From Bordetella parapertussis (GTDB lineage Bacteria; Pseudomonadota; Gammaproteobacteria; Burkholderiales; SG8-41), in the NCBI GenBank assembly GCA_945906935.1, contig CAMDSO010000006.1, positions 1,498 through 65,497 of the forward strand: a stretch of DNA of 64,000 nt, written 5' to 3'. The position numbers and the translations under genes are program-made. Every line of letters starts with the position of its first letter. Position 1 is the stretch's first letter. Of this stretch, positions 10,511 to 20,504 are shown piece by piece. A model generated the notes under the pieces. The model saw only the letters and a program-made list of their open reading frames with translations, was not told the origin of the DNA and made no database searches.

Positions 10511-11955
10511 GCCTTAAAACTCGCCTGCGGGCCCCGGCAAACGCATCGTTACGCGAACAGCTGCTGGTGCGGCTGCTGACGCCGGTGGTATTGGTGACTC
10601 TGATCAGCTCGGTGATTTCATACTACCACGCGTTTAACTACGCAACGCTCGCCTACGACTACTCGCTGTATGACTCGGCGCTCGATATCAGCCGCCAGGT
10701 ACATGTTATCAACGGGGAGTTGCGCATTGATCTGCCGCGTGCCGCCCTCGACATGCTCGAGTCAGACAAACACGACAACGTCTACTACATGGTGAATGAC
10801 AGCCAGGGTCGGCTCGTGACCGGCTACAACGGCCTGCCGTTGCCGAAAAAAACCGGCATCTCCGGCAAACCGGTTTACTACGATGATGTGTTTGTCGACA
10901 GTCCGGTCCGCCTCACGGCACTCACCATCCCAGTGAGCGGCCTGCCGCAGGGTCAGGAGCACATCCAGATCGTGGTGGCGGAAACGTTAAACAAGCGGCA
11001 TACGCTGGCCAACGAAATTCTGTTTGGCATGGTGTTACCGGAATTACTTCTGGTTGTACTGATCGGCCTGTTGATCTGGTATGGGGTGGCACGGGGCCTG
11101 CGGCCCCTGATCGACCTGCAGGCTGAGATCTCCAGCCGTTCGCATCGTGATCTGAGCCCTCTGCAGGTGCAAAACGCGCCGAGTGAACTGCGCGCACTGG
11201 TGGGCGCGATGAACGGCCTGCTGTCGAGTCTTTCGATCGCACTAGCCGCACAACAGCGTTTTATCGCCGATGCCGCCCACCAGTTACGCACACCATTGGC
11301 CGGTTTGCGCACGCAGACCGAACTCGCGCTGCGGCAAAATGACCCCGAAGAGATACGCAAAACGCTGCGCCAGATCGACACCGCCACCGCACGCACCACG
11401 CATTTAGTAAACCAGCTGTTGGCTCTGGCGCGCGCCGAACCGGGCGCAAACCGGCTCAGCGCGGCCCAGCGCATAGACCTGACGGAACTTGCACGCTCCA
11501 CCGCCACCGAGTGGGTGCCACACGCCATCGAGCGCAATATCGACCTCGGTTTCGAGGGTGGCACCACGGCCGTCGGGGTCAATGGCGATCCGATCCTGCT
11601 CAAGGCATTACTCGGCAACCTGATCGACAACGCCATTCGCTACACGCCACCGGGCGGACAGGTCACAGTGGCGGTGACGTCCGCTTTACACAACTGCCTG
11701 CTCAGCGTCGAAGACAATGGACCGGGCATTCCCGCAGAGGAACGCGAACGCGTATTCGAACGCTTTCATCGCCTGCTTGGCAACGGCGCAGACGGCTGCG
11801 GCCTCGGACTCGCCATCGTGCGCGAGATCGCCTATGGGCACGGCGCGACCGTTGCACTTGAAGAGGCGGTTGGCGGGCACGGCACGCGCATCAGCATTGA
11901 ATTCCCCGCGCTCGAAGAAGGCCTGCAGGTAACGGCAGCGCAGGAACCGTCTTAG
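10507..11955 (+). CDS. sensor histidine kinase (QseC/TctE-like)
   Basis: Two TM helices; ADAAHQLRTPL H-box, NLIDNAIRY, DNGPGI, GCGLGL; ATGA overlap with the regulator. Confidence 0.95.
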   Translation: MSLKTRLRAPANASLREQLLVRLLTPVVLVTLISSVISYYHAFNYATLAYDYSLYDSALDISRQVHVINGELRIDLPRAALDMLESDKHDNVYYMVNDSQGRLVTGYNGLPLPKKTGISGKPVYYDDVFVDSPVRLTALTIPVSGLPQGQEHIQIVVAETLNKRHTLANEILFGMVLPELLLVVLIGLLIWYGVARGLRPLIDLQAEISSRSHRDLSPLQVQNAPSELRALVGAMNGLLSSLSIALAAQQRFIADAAHQLRTPLAGLRTQTELALRQNDPEEIRKTLRQIDTATARTTHLVNQLLALARAEPGANRLSAAQRIDLTELARSTATEWVPHAIERNIDLGFEGGTTAVGVNGDPILLKALLGNLIDNAIRYTPPGGQVTVAVTSALHNCLLSVEDNGPGIPAEERERVFERFHRLLGNGADGCGLGLAIVREIAYGHGATVALEEAVGGHGTRISIEFPALEEGLQVTAAQEPS

Positions 11956-12098
11956 CGCATAGGAGGCCTTGAGGGATGGCGATACGAACCTCATCGACAG
12001 GCCGGCGATCCATCACGCGCTTGCGCCGGATCGCATTACAATCGCTACGCAGTGGATTGCGTCCTGCCCGAGACCACACGACCCACCTTGGATTACCG

Positions 12099-12923
12099 AT
12101 GAAATTCTTGTATTCGCCGTTGCAACGACTGGTAGCGATTACAACCGTCCTGCTGCTCACCGGCGGTTGCGCATCAACCACCGACGGCGGTGCCGTGCAC
12201 GCCGAGCGCCGCCAGTTGTTGCTGATCTCATCGGTGGAACTCGAGAAATCGGCTGCAAAGGGCTACGCCCAGCTACAGGCCGAAGCCGTCAAAAAAGGCA
12301 GCCTAAACACAGACCCCGCGCTGACACAGCGCGTGCGCATGATCGCGCGTCGCATACAACCTCTAACCGGGGTGTTCCGTCAGGATGCACCGGGCTGGAA
12401 ATGGGAGGTCAATGTGATCAACAGCGACGAACTCAACGCGTTCTGCATGCCCGGCGGCAAGATCGCGTTTTATTCGGGGCTGATCAAACAACTCAATCTC
12501 AGCGATGATGAAATCGCCATCGTGATGGGGCACGAGATCGCGCACGCCCTGCGCGAACATTCGCGCGAACAGGTCTCAGCGGCACTGGCGGCACAGACTG
12601 CCATCGGCGTCGGTGCGGCGCTGCTCGGCCTGGGCGACGCCACCGCCTCGCTGGCCGACAGCGCCTATCGCGCGCTACTCGCCACACGTTTCAGCCGCTC
12701 GCACGAAGCAGAAGCCGACCGCATCGGTTTGGAACTCAGCGCACGTGCCGGCTATGACCCGCGTGCCGGCGTCGCGCTATGGCAAAAGATGCTCAAAGCC
12801 GGCGGCGGCAACCGCCCGCCGGCCTTTCTCAGCACGCATCCGGCGGAAACCGAACGCATCGAGCAAATACAGTCGCTGCTGCCGACGGTGATGCCGCTCT
12901 ACGAAGCGGCGCGTAAACGCTGA
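12099..12923 (+). CDS. M48 family zinc metallopeptidase, lipoprotein
   Basis: Lipobox-like LTGGC; NAFCMPGGK, HEIAH (HExxH), EAEAD, FLSTHP. Confidence 0.92.
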   Translation: MKFLYSPLQRLVAITTVLLLTGGCASTTDGGAVHAERRQLLLISSVELEKSAAKGYAQLQAEAVKKGSLNTDPALTQRVRMIARRIQPLTGVFRQDAPGWKWEVNVINSDELNAFCMPGGKIAFYSGLIKQLNLSDDEIAIVMGHEIAHALREHSREQVSAALAAQTAIGVGAALLGLGDATASLADSAYRALLATRFSRSHEAEADRIGLELSARAGYDPRAGVALWQKMLKAGGGNRPPAFLSTHPAETERIEQIQSLLPTVMPLYEAARKR

Positions 12924-12974
12924 TCCGCGCGCGCGTTCGTCGCCGCTTCGACCCCAATTCGTCGCCGCTTTCTT

Positions 12975-14804
12975 TTAGCCGGCGGCGGTGGCAAGCGCAC
13001 CGCCCTCCTCCTGCTGTTGCAAGGCCCACATCTCGGCATAAGCGCCGCCACGCTCGAGCAGTTCACGGTGGCCGCCGCGCTCGATGATGCGTCCGCCGTC
13101 CATGACGAGTATCTGCCCGGCATCCATGATGGTCGACAGGCGGTGGGCGATGACTAGCGTGGTGCGGCCTTCGGCAATGCGCGTGAGCTCGGTTTGGATC
13201 GCCTGCTCGGTGGCCGAATCAAGCGCTGAAGTAGCCTCATCAAAAATCATGATGCGCGGATTTTTCAGGATCGCCCGCGCAATCGCCACCCGCTGCTTTT
13301 CGCCGCCAGAGAGCTTAAGGCCGCGTTCACCGACGCGTGTTTCATAACCGTCTGGCAGAGTCAGCACGAAATCATGAATGTGCGCCGCCTGCGCCGCCGC
13401 AATCACTTCCTCGTGCGTGGCGTCGGGCCGCCCATACTGGATGTTGTAATAAATCGAGTTGTTGAACAGCACCGTATCCTGCGGCACGATGCCGATGGCG
13501 CCACGCAAACCGGTTTGTTTCAAATCACGAATATCGACGCCGTTGATGGCGATGCGGCCGCCACCAACATCGTAGAAGCGATACAACAGGCGCGCCAGCG
13601 TCGACTTGCCCGAACCGCTATGACCGACCACGGCAACCTTGGCACCGGCGGGGATCTCGAATGACACGCCGTGCAAAATCTGCCGCTTCGGGTCGTAGCT
13701 GAAATCAACGCCGTCGAAGCGCACAGTCGCTGACACGCCCTCGGGCGTAAGCGCGCCGGGCTTGTCCTCGATCTCGCGGTTCTGCGTCAACAGATTGAAC
13801 ATGCGCTCCATATCGATGAGCGCCTGTTTGATCTCGCGATAGACCATGCCAAGAAAATTCAGCGGAATATAGAGCTGAATCAAGAGGCCGTTGATCAGCA
13901 CCAGGTCACCCAGGGTCAGCGTTTTATCCACCACCCCCTGCGCGGCAAGGATCATCAGCAGGGTCACCGCGATGGCGATGATGCAGCTCTGGCCGATATT
14001 CAGCATGCCCAGAGACATTTCGTTTTTGACCGCCGCCCCCTCGTAGCTCTGCAGATTTTCGTCGTAGCGACGGGCCTCGAATTCCTCGTTATTGAAGTAT
14101 TTCACCGTCTCATAGTTAAGCAGACTGTCGATCGCCCGCGTGGTGGCACGCGAATCGAGTTCGTTGGCCTGCCGCCTGAGCGAAATACGCCACTCGGATA
14201 CTAAAAACGTAAAGCCGATATAAACCGCCACCGCGACAAACGTGATAGCGGCAAAACGCCAGTCGAATTTCGACAGCAACACCGCGGCCACCAGACCAAA
14301 CTCGAGAATCACAGGAATGATCGAGAACAGCATATAGTTCATCAACGTACCGATGCCGCGCGTGCCGCGCTCGATGTCACGCGTCATGCCGCCGGTCTGG
14401 CGGTCGAGATGAAAGCGCAGACTCAAACTATGCAGATGGCGGAACACCGTCAGCGCAATGCGCCGTATCGCACGTTGGGCGACGCGCACGAAAACGATAT
14501 CGCGCAGTTCGGCAAACAGCGTGTTCGACAGACGCAGTACGCCGTAGGCGGCGAGCAGCATCAACGGCAGCACCAGCAACGCTTGCCGTGGATCAAGCGC
14601 GTCGACGATTTCCTTCATCACCAGCGGCACGCCAACGTTGGCGATCTTGGCGGTGACCAGAAATATCAGCGCCAGCAAGACGCGGCCTCGATACTCCCAT
14701 AGATACGGCAGCACCATGGATACGGTGCGCCATTCGTTACGCGATTTTCCCTCGGCGGGCGCGGGCTCGCCGGGGGTCGTGGCAATCGATCTTCTGGCAG
14801 TCAT
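12975..14804 (-). CDS. ABCB/Atm1-like ABC exporter (fused permease and ATPase)
   Basis: DSLLNYETVKYF; Walker A GHSGSGKS; LSGGEKQR; DEATSALD. Confidence 0.93.
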   Translation of the reverse strand: MTARRSIATTPGEPAPAEGKSRNEWRTVSMVLPYLWEYRGRVLLALIFLVTAKIANVGVPLVMKEIVDALDPRQALLVLPLMLLAAYGVLRLSNTLFAELRDIVFVRVAQRAIRRIALTVFRHLHSLSLRFHLDRQTGGMTRDIERGTRGIGTLMNYMLFSIIPVILEFGLVAAVLLSKFDWRFAAITFVAVAVYIGFTFLVSEWRISLRRQANELDSRATTRAIDSLLNYETVKYFNNEEFEARRYDENLQSYEGAAVKNEMSLGMLNIGQSCIIAIAVTLLMILAAQGVVDKTLTLGDLVLINGLLIQLYIPLNFLGMVYREIKQALIDMERMFNLLTQNREIEDKPGALTPEGVSATVRFDGVDFSYDPKRQILHGVSFEIPAGAKVAVVGHSGSGKSTLARLLYRFYDVGGGRIAINGVDIRDLKQTGLRGAIGIVPQDTVLFNNSIYYNIQYGRPDATHEEVIAAAQAAHIHDFVLTLPDGYETRVGERGLKLSGGEKQRVAIARAILKNPRIMIFDEATSALDSATEQAIQTELTRIAEGRTTLVIAHRLSTIMDAGQILVMDGGRIIERGGHRELLERGGAYAEMWALQQQEEGGALATAAG

Positions 14805-14997
14805 GGGGTCCGTTCGAACCAGCGGGAAATCCGCGGTCAGGGAAGAGGCAGACGAGGGTGGCTATGCTAACACGCGCGTCCAGGCCGCCCCTGCCGCAGG
14901 CAGGCAGTGACACTGAATGTAAGAGTTTGTAACGACAGTCAACAACACCCGCAGCACGGCGTTTTACTAGCCGTGACCGTCTTTTTACAAGGAGGCT

Positions 14998-15741
14998 ATG
15001 ATGACCACACGCAAATTAATCCCGCTACTCATCGCCACGCTATGCAGCAGCGGTGCCTTTGGCGCCACCGACGCGGTCGACACCGCACAGGTGATCTCCG
15101 CCACGCCGATCTACGAACGTATCTCCGAACCGCGCCGGGAATGTAGCGGCGACAACGCAGCAGCCGCACAACCGAAAGAACGCAGCCTCCTCGGCCCGCT
15201 ACTTGGCGGTATTGCCGGCGCCTTGATCGGCCGTCAGGTCGGGCATGGCAACGGGCGCGATGTTGCCACCGCGGTGGGTGCCGCCGTCGGCACCATGGCC
15301 GGAGACGCTGTAAACAACCCTGAAGCAGAGCGCAATTACACCGGAGCCGCCGTCGGCGCCGTTGCCGGCGGCATCCTCGGCAATCAGGTCGGCAACGGTC
15401 GCGGCAATGGTGCGGCCACTGCGGCAGGCACCATCGCCGGCGCCGTCATCGGTGACCGCGCCGGTGCGCGCACCACGATCGCCCAGCAATCCGCACAACG
15501 CTGTCGTAGCGTCGAATATTCGCGTGAGGTCGTCAAGGGCTACAACGTGGTCTACCGTTTCAACGGCCGCGATGTCACCACCACGCTGCCGTACAACCCG
15601 GGCAACACCGTCAAAGTCGGTTTTGGCCTGGTCGATGATGGTGCACCAGCCGAGCGCGATTACCGGCGCGACCGCGTGTCCTCGAACTATGGCGACCATG
15701 GAGGCCCCCAGACCGCACCGAATTACTCCTATCGTTACTGA
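14998..15741 (+). CDS. glycine-zipper 2TM protein (YcfJ-like)
   Basis: Signal peptide; two GxxxG zipper repeats (GRQVGHGNG, GNQVGNGRG); GYNVVYRFNG..LPYNPG tail. Confidence 0.85.
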   Translation: MMTTRKLIPLLIATLCSSGAFGATDAVDTAQVISATPIYERISEPRRECSGDNAAAAQPKERSLLGPLLGGIAGALIGRQVGHGNGRDVATAVGAAVGTMAGDAVNNPEAERNYTGAAVGAVAGGILGNQVGNGRGNGAATAAGTIAGAVIGDRAGARTTIAQQSAQRCRSVEYSREVVKGYNVVYRFNGRDVTTTLPYNPGNTVKVGFGLVDDGAPAERDYRRDRVSSNYGDHGGPQTAPNYSYRY

Positions 15742-15774
15742 CCCCTGCGGACGCGCCACCTCCTTCGTCCGCCT

Positions 15775-15805
15775 CGCCCGCCCCTCAAAGGGGCGGGCGT
15801 TTTTT
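15775..15805 (+). terminator. Rho-independent terminator
   Basis: CGCCCGCCCCT-CAA-AGGGGCGGGCG followed by T6. Confidence 0.85.
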
Positions 15806-16976
15806 ATTGGTACTCGCGGGCCCGACCATAGGACGACCAGCCCGTCAGAAAACGCACGAGACCATAGCAAAACCAGGTCATGATGCGCATTGGTAGCGTA
15901 TGCGATTGACGCTCCCAGCGCGCCCGCAATACCGGCTGCGCGCCAGATTCAATCGCTTCGTTCAGACTCAGGCGTAATTCGCGCGCAAACACCGCATCAT
16001 CGATCAGAACATTGGCCTCGCGTGCCAGCAATAGACTCATCGGGTCAATATTCGACGAGCCGACCGTTGCCCAACGGTTATCGATCACCGCCACCTTGGC
16101 ATGCAAAAAACTGCGTCGATATTCGAGTATCTCGACACCCGCGTTGAGGAAATGCAGATAAAGCGCGCGCGAGGCATAGTGCAGCAACAGATATTCGACA
16201 CGGCCCTGCAACAGCAGCACGACGCGCACACCGCGCGATGCGGCATCAATCAAGGCGCGACGAAAAGTACGACCCGGAAAAAAATAGGCGCAGGCGATGA
16301 CGATTTCGCTACGCGCCGAGGCAATAGCTGCGAGGTAAGCGCTCTCGATATCGGTACGATGACGCAGATTATCGCGAATAACAAAAGCCGCACGCTGATT
16401 GCCGCGCGGAGCGGTCTGTGCGGCTACCGCATGCGCCGGCCCGTCCTGGCGGCGCAACTGCGTCCAGCTCACAGATCGCCACAAGGTGGTGGCAGCGGCA
16501 TGAATATCGGCGAGCAGCGGGCCCTCGATTTTTACGGCGTAATCGAAACGTGGCGGCACATGGCCCGGCGTGTGCATATCGTCGATCACGTTGATACCGC
16601 CGACAAAGGCCAGTTCGCCGTCGATGACAACCAACTTGCGATGCAACCGACGCAAACGTTGCCGTTTGAAGGTCCAGGGCGAAATCTCGGGACGGAATTT
16701 AAGCAAACGCACGCCCGCTACGCGCATGTCGTCAATCATTTCAGGATCAAGATTTTTCGAGCCGAAGCCGTCGATCAGCACATGGGTGACCACCCCGCGC
16801 GCAGCGGCACGCGACAATGCTGCAGCAATCGCGCGACCGGTCTCATCGGCTTCAAAGATATAGGTCTCGAGATGAATCTGCAGGCGCGCGCCTTCGATCG
16901 CCGCCTCCAACGCCGGAAAATACTCGTTGCCGGTACGCAACAGGCAGATTTGGTTGCCTGAGACGAATTCATTCAT
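15804..16976 (-). CDS. clsB: cardiolipin synthase B
   Basis: Two HKD motifs (HRKLVVID, HAKVAVID), GSSNID; no N-terminal TM; follows a ybhP-like gene. Confidence 0.88.
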   Translation of the reverse strand: MNEFVSGNQICLLRTGNEYFPALEAAIEGARLQIHLETYIFEADETGRAIAAALSRAAARGVVTHVLIDGFGSKNLDPEMIDDMRVAGVRLLKFRPEISPWTFKRQRLRRLHRKLVVIDGELAFVGGINVIDDMHTPGHVPPRFDYAVKIEGPLLADIHAAATTLWRSVSWTQLRRQDGPAHAVAAQTAPRGNQRAAFVIRDNLRHRTDIESAYLAAIASARSEIVIACAYFFPGRTFRRALIDAASRGVRVVLLLQGRVEYLLLHYASRALYLHFLNAGVEILEYRRSFLHAKVAVIDNRWATVGSSNIDPMSLLLAREANVLIDDAVFARELRLSLNEAIESGAQPVLRARWERQSHTLPMRIMTWFCYGLVRFLTGWSSYGRAREYQ

Positions 16977-17725
16977 AGGCGTTGCAAGACGGAGGTCAGC
17001 GCGGCGTGATCGGAAATACGTGCCCACGGGTTGCCATGGTGCACGCGCGCGTCACGCACCTCGAAGCCGCGCACATAGATACGATCGAGTTGCAGCAATG
17101 GCAAGGCGGCGGGAAAACTGCGCGCCGGATGGCCGTGCACCGACTCGAACGCCTCCCGCAACTCAAGCCCGCGCGCGAAACCCTGCTGCGCCTGATGCGC
17201 CCAGTCGTTGAAGTCACCCGCAATAATCAGCGGCGCGGCGCGCGGCACCAGCGCCTCTATGCGAGTCTGCAACTGTCGCATCTGGCGCCCGCGGTGGCCC
17301 GCGGTCAAGGCGAGATGAACGCAAATGCAATGCAAGACCTGCGGCCAGCCCGGCACCTCGATCTCGCAATGCAGAAGGCCGCGGCGCTCGAAACGGTGGC
17401 CCGAAATATCCTGATTATTCCAGCGCAAAATAGGAAAACGGCTAAGGATCGCATTGCCGTGGTGACCGTCATCGTAAATGGCATTACGGCCGTAGGCAAA
17501 ATCCGTCCATACCGAGTCGGCAAGAAATTCATGCTGCGGTTGCGCCGGCCAGTTGTGTATGCGCCGCGCATGCGAGTGGTGCGCGCCCTGGACCTCCTGC
17601 AAAAAAACCAGATCGGTATTAAGCAAGCGCAAATGCTCACGCACCTCGTGGATGACCATGCGGCGGCGAAAAAAAGAGAATCCTTTGTGGATATTGTAGC
17701 TACCGACGTGAAGCGTATCGCTCAT
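16973..17725 (-). CDS. endonuclease/exonuclease/phosphatase family protein (YbhP-like)
   Basis: SYNIHKG, FLQEV, AGDFNDW, LDRIY, SDHA. Confidence 0.9.
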   Translation of the reverse strand: MSDTLHVGSYNIHKGFSFFRRRMVIHEVREHLRLLNTDLVFLQEVQGAHHSHARRIHNWPAQPQHEFLADSVWTDFAYGRNAIYDDGHHGNAILSRFPILRWNNQDISGHRFERRGLLHCEIEVPGWPQVLHCICVHLALTAGHRGRQMRQLQTRIEALVPRAAPLIIAGDFNDWAHQAQQGFARGLELREAFESVHGHPARSFPAALPLLQLDRIYVRGFEVRDARVHHGNPWARISDHAALTSVLQRL

Positions 17726-18300
17726 TTTGCAGGTTGCGTGATGGATTGCGGATTGATGCGTGCCTGGCGGCGCTCCATCTCACCAACAACGCCGCCGATC
17801 TGACTGGCAATATCGCGCCGTAGTAACGCCGCACCGAGCAGCGGCGGTAGCCAGAAAGCGGGTTCCAATTCAGCTTCGTAATACAACCGGATACCGGCGC
17901 CCTCGGGCTCGATACGCCACTCACCACGCATCTGGCGCATGTTGCCGCTGCGCGCGCTAAAACCAAGACGATGTGGTGGCCGTTCATCGATGTCGAGTAC
18001 GACGTCAATGGTAAAGCGAAAGAGCAAAACACCCGCCTCACCGCTTTGCTCGATGACCAGAGGCTGCCCCGGTCTGCTGATCACGCGGCTCGACCGCATT
18101 GCCGGGACAAAGTCGGCAAGATGATCATAGTCACTTAACACCCGCCACGCCACGGCGGGCTCCGCCGCCACGACGGTCTGGCTACTGACGAGAAAGCGGC
18201 GGCCCTGTTGCTCGACCTGCACTTCTGCGGCCATGCCGCAGGCGGCAGCCGGAGCTAACAAGATCACCAGCGCGAGCTGCAGCCAGAGCCGCCGCTTCAC
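17722..18300 (-). CDS. SRPBCC/polyketide cyclase (START-like) protein, exported
   Basis: Signal-like N-terminus; AWRVLSDYDHLADFVP, GNMRQMRGEW; GTG start inferred after the nadA stop. Confidence 0.75.
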   Translation of the reverse strand: MKRRLWLQLALVILLAPAAACGMAAEVQVEQQGRRFLVSSQTVVAAEPAVAWRVLSDYDHLADFVPAMRSSRVISRPGQPLVIEQSGEAGVLLFRFTIDVVLDIDERPPHRLGFSARSGNMRQMRGEWRIEPEGAGIRLYYEAELEPAFWLPPLLGAALLRRDIASQIGGVVGEMERRQARINPQSITQPAK

Positions 18301-18313
18301 TGCTGGCAAAACG

Positions 18314-19411
18314 CTAGACCACTTCGAGCATGCGTTTGAGTGCAGTGCGGGCGAGTTCGGCTTCACGAGCCGGCACGCGAATCGGGTTGACGACGCGGCC
18401 CTCGACCAGATTTTCGAGCGCCCAGGCGAGGTGTTGTGGATCAATGCGCGCCATGGTCGAACACATGCAGACCGTAGGCGCCATAAACTGCACGACCTTG
18501 CCTTCGGGCTTCAGCAACTCGGCCATGCGGTTGACCAGATTCAGTTCGGTGCCAACGAGCCAACGCGTACCCGGCTTGGCTTCTTTCAGCATCTTCAAAA
18601 TGAAGTCAGTGGAACCAACATAATCAGAGAGCTTGCAGACCTCGAAATTACACTCCGGGTGCGAGATCACCATACCTTCGGGATACTGGTTGCGAAAATT
18701 GATGATGTGCTGGGCCTGAAACATCTGGTGCACCGAACAATGGCCCTTCCACAACAAAATGCGCGCCTTCTTGATCTGCTCGACCGTCAGCCCGCCCATC
18801 GGCTCGTCGAAATCCCACACCAGCATTTCATCTGGCTTGATGCCGTTCATATAGCCGCTCCAGCGGCCCAGATGCTGGTCTGGGAAGAACAACACTTTTT
18901 CACGGCGGCGCATCGCCCAGTCGAGTATCGGCTGGGCATTACTCGAGGTGCACACGATACCGCCATGCTCGCCGCAGAACGCTTTCAGATCGGCCGCGGA
19001 ATTAATATAGGTGATCGGCGTGACATGCTCGTCGGGATCGAGCACCGTGGCAATCTCGCGCCAGACACGCTCGACCTTGGCGAGGCTCGCCATGTCGGCC
19101 ATCGAACAGCCTGCACTCATGTCGGGCAGTATTGCCGTTTGCTCGGGACGAGACAAAATATCGGCAACTTCGGCCATGAAATGCACACCGCAAAAAACGA
19201 TGTACTCTGCATCCGTCTGTGTCGCCAGCTTCGACAGCCCGAGCGAATCACCAGAAAGATCCGCGTGTTTATACACATCGGCACGCTGGTAATGATGGCC
19301 AAGAATAACCGCGCGCTTGCCGAGCGCAGCTTTGGCGGCAAGGATGCGGCTCTCGCAGGCATCGTCTTGCAAGGGTTTAAAACGGTCAAAAGCAATGGCA
19401 ACGGTCTGCAT
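18314..19411 (-). CDS. nadA: quinolinate synthase
   Basis: LGHHYQ, VFCGVHFMAE, AGCSMAD, GHCSVH, CSTMARI (Fe-S cysteines). Confidence 0.96.
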   Translation of the reverse strand: MQTVAIAFDRFKPLQDDACESRILAAKAALGKRAVILGHHYQRADVYKHADLSGDSLGLSKLATQTDAEYIVFCGVHFMAEVADILSRPEQTAILPDMSAGCSMADMASLAKVERVWREIATVLDPDEHVTPITYINSAADLKAFCGEHGGIVCTSSNAQPILDWAMRRREKVLFFPDQHLGRWSGYMNGIKPDEMLVWDFDEPMGGLTVEQIKKARILLWKGHCSVHQMFQAQHIINFRNQYPEGMVISHPECNFEVCKLSDYVGSTDFILKMLKEAKPGTRWLVGTELNLVNRMAELLKPEGKVVQFMAPTVCMCSTMARIDPQHLAWALENLVEGRVVNPIRVPAREAELARTALKRMLEVV

Positions 19412-19595
19412 CAGCACACCCAGAATCAAAAAGGCCTAAAACATTACCACAATATTACAGAAATTCCATCTGTAAACTGCATATCCGGCTTGATCAGTCC
19501 CATTGAATGCTCGCATTATGCGCGCCAAACACGCGATTTGGCGCGATCCGCCCCGCAATACGCATGAAAGCACCGCGAACAGGCCTACAGCGTTC

Positions 19596-20045
19596 TCAGG
19601 ATGCGCTCACCGCCAGTTCGCGTATGGCCTCTGCATTGCTCCAGGAAAACACCTTGTCCGCCGCCTCGCGCCAGGGCAACCAAAGATATTGCAGATGTTC
19701 GCGCGGCGCGAGAGTCACCGGCAGCGGAGCGGGCACACGCAGACTGAACACATGCTCGGTGTTATGTGTGACACCGGGCGCATAACGGCCGCGCCAGTGC
19801 TGATAAATCTCATACTGGTTTTGCTTGTGCCAGTCACGTAATTCAAATGCAGTCGCATCGAGCCCGGTCTCTTCGAACACCTCGCGTTGCGCTGTTTGTG
19901 CAGGTGACACCTCGCCGGGATCGAGGCTCCCGGTCACCGACTGCCAGAAACCAGCACGGTCGGCGCGCTCAATTAACAAGACCTGCAGGTCGACCGTGTG
20001 TATCACCACCAGCACCGACACCGGTATTTTGTATTGCTGCGTCAT
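19596..20045 (-). CDS. nudB: dihydroneopterin triphosphate diphosphatase
   Basis: YKIPVSVLVV, WQSVTGS, Nudix box REVFEETG, RYAPGVTHNTEH. Confidence 0.93.
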   Translation of the reverse strand: MTQQYKIPVSVLVVIHTVDLQVLLIERADRAGFWQSVTGSLDPGEVSPAQTAQREVFEETGLDATAFELRDWHKQNQYEIYQHWRGRYAPGVTHNTEHVFSLRVPAPLPVTLAPREHLQYLWLPWREAADKVFSWSNAEAIRELAVSAS

Positions 20046-20066
20046 CGCGACCTCATTGCTTTGTGA

Positions 20067-20504
20067 TTACGGTGCAAACGCGCGCAAAACCCGTCCGGCG
20101 CAACACCCCTCATCGAGTAACACCACAAACGTCCTCTGATTGCGTTTCCAGAAACCGGCGGCCGACTCTAATATTTCAAGTGCGAGCGCCACATCAGCCT
20201 CGCAGGCCGACGCAAACGCCTTGCCATTACGCCAGTGCATGACCAGGCCGGCAGACGGCAACCACGACAAGTCTTCAAGGCAGTCGGCCAACGCATCCCA
20301 GTTCCCGCCCAGACCCGCCGGAAATTGCAGCGTATGCGCGCAAGCATCAAGAAAACCTTTTTTCGTCGAGATGCCGGCCAGGTCCAGGGTTGCCCAATAA
20401 AGGTTCTGTGCCAGAACCGCGTCACGCCAGGTATGCGCCGCAGTCGGCACCCGGTACAGGCCGTTGTGCACGGCGGCGAATTGCTTGGGCAGGGTTGGAG
20501 TCAT
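20067..20504 (-). CDS. barstar family ribonuclease inhibitor
   Basis: LQFPAGLGGNWDALADCLEDLSW barstar signature; ATGA overlap with the RNase gene. Confidence 0.88.
   Translation of the reverse strand: MTPTLPKQFAAVHNGLYRVPTAAHTWRDAVLAQNLYWATLDLAGISTKKGFLDACAHTLQFPAGLGGNWDALADCLEDLSWLPSAGLVMHWRNGKAFASACEADVALALEILESAAGFWKRNQRTFVVLLDEGCCAGRVLRAFAP

Noticed and set aside
15190-15460. Internal DNA duplication in the ycfJ-like gene
   Set aside because: Explained by two glycine-zipper domains
18233-19567. 444-aa plus-strand ORF and similar long antisense ORFs (e.g. 4965-6095, 39134-40054)
   Set aside because: Shadows of well-supported genes, caused by GC-rich codon bias
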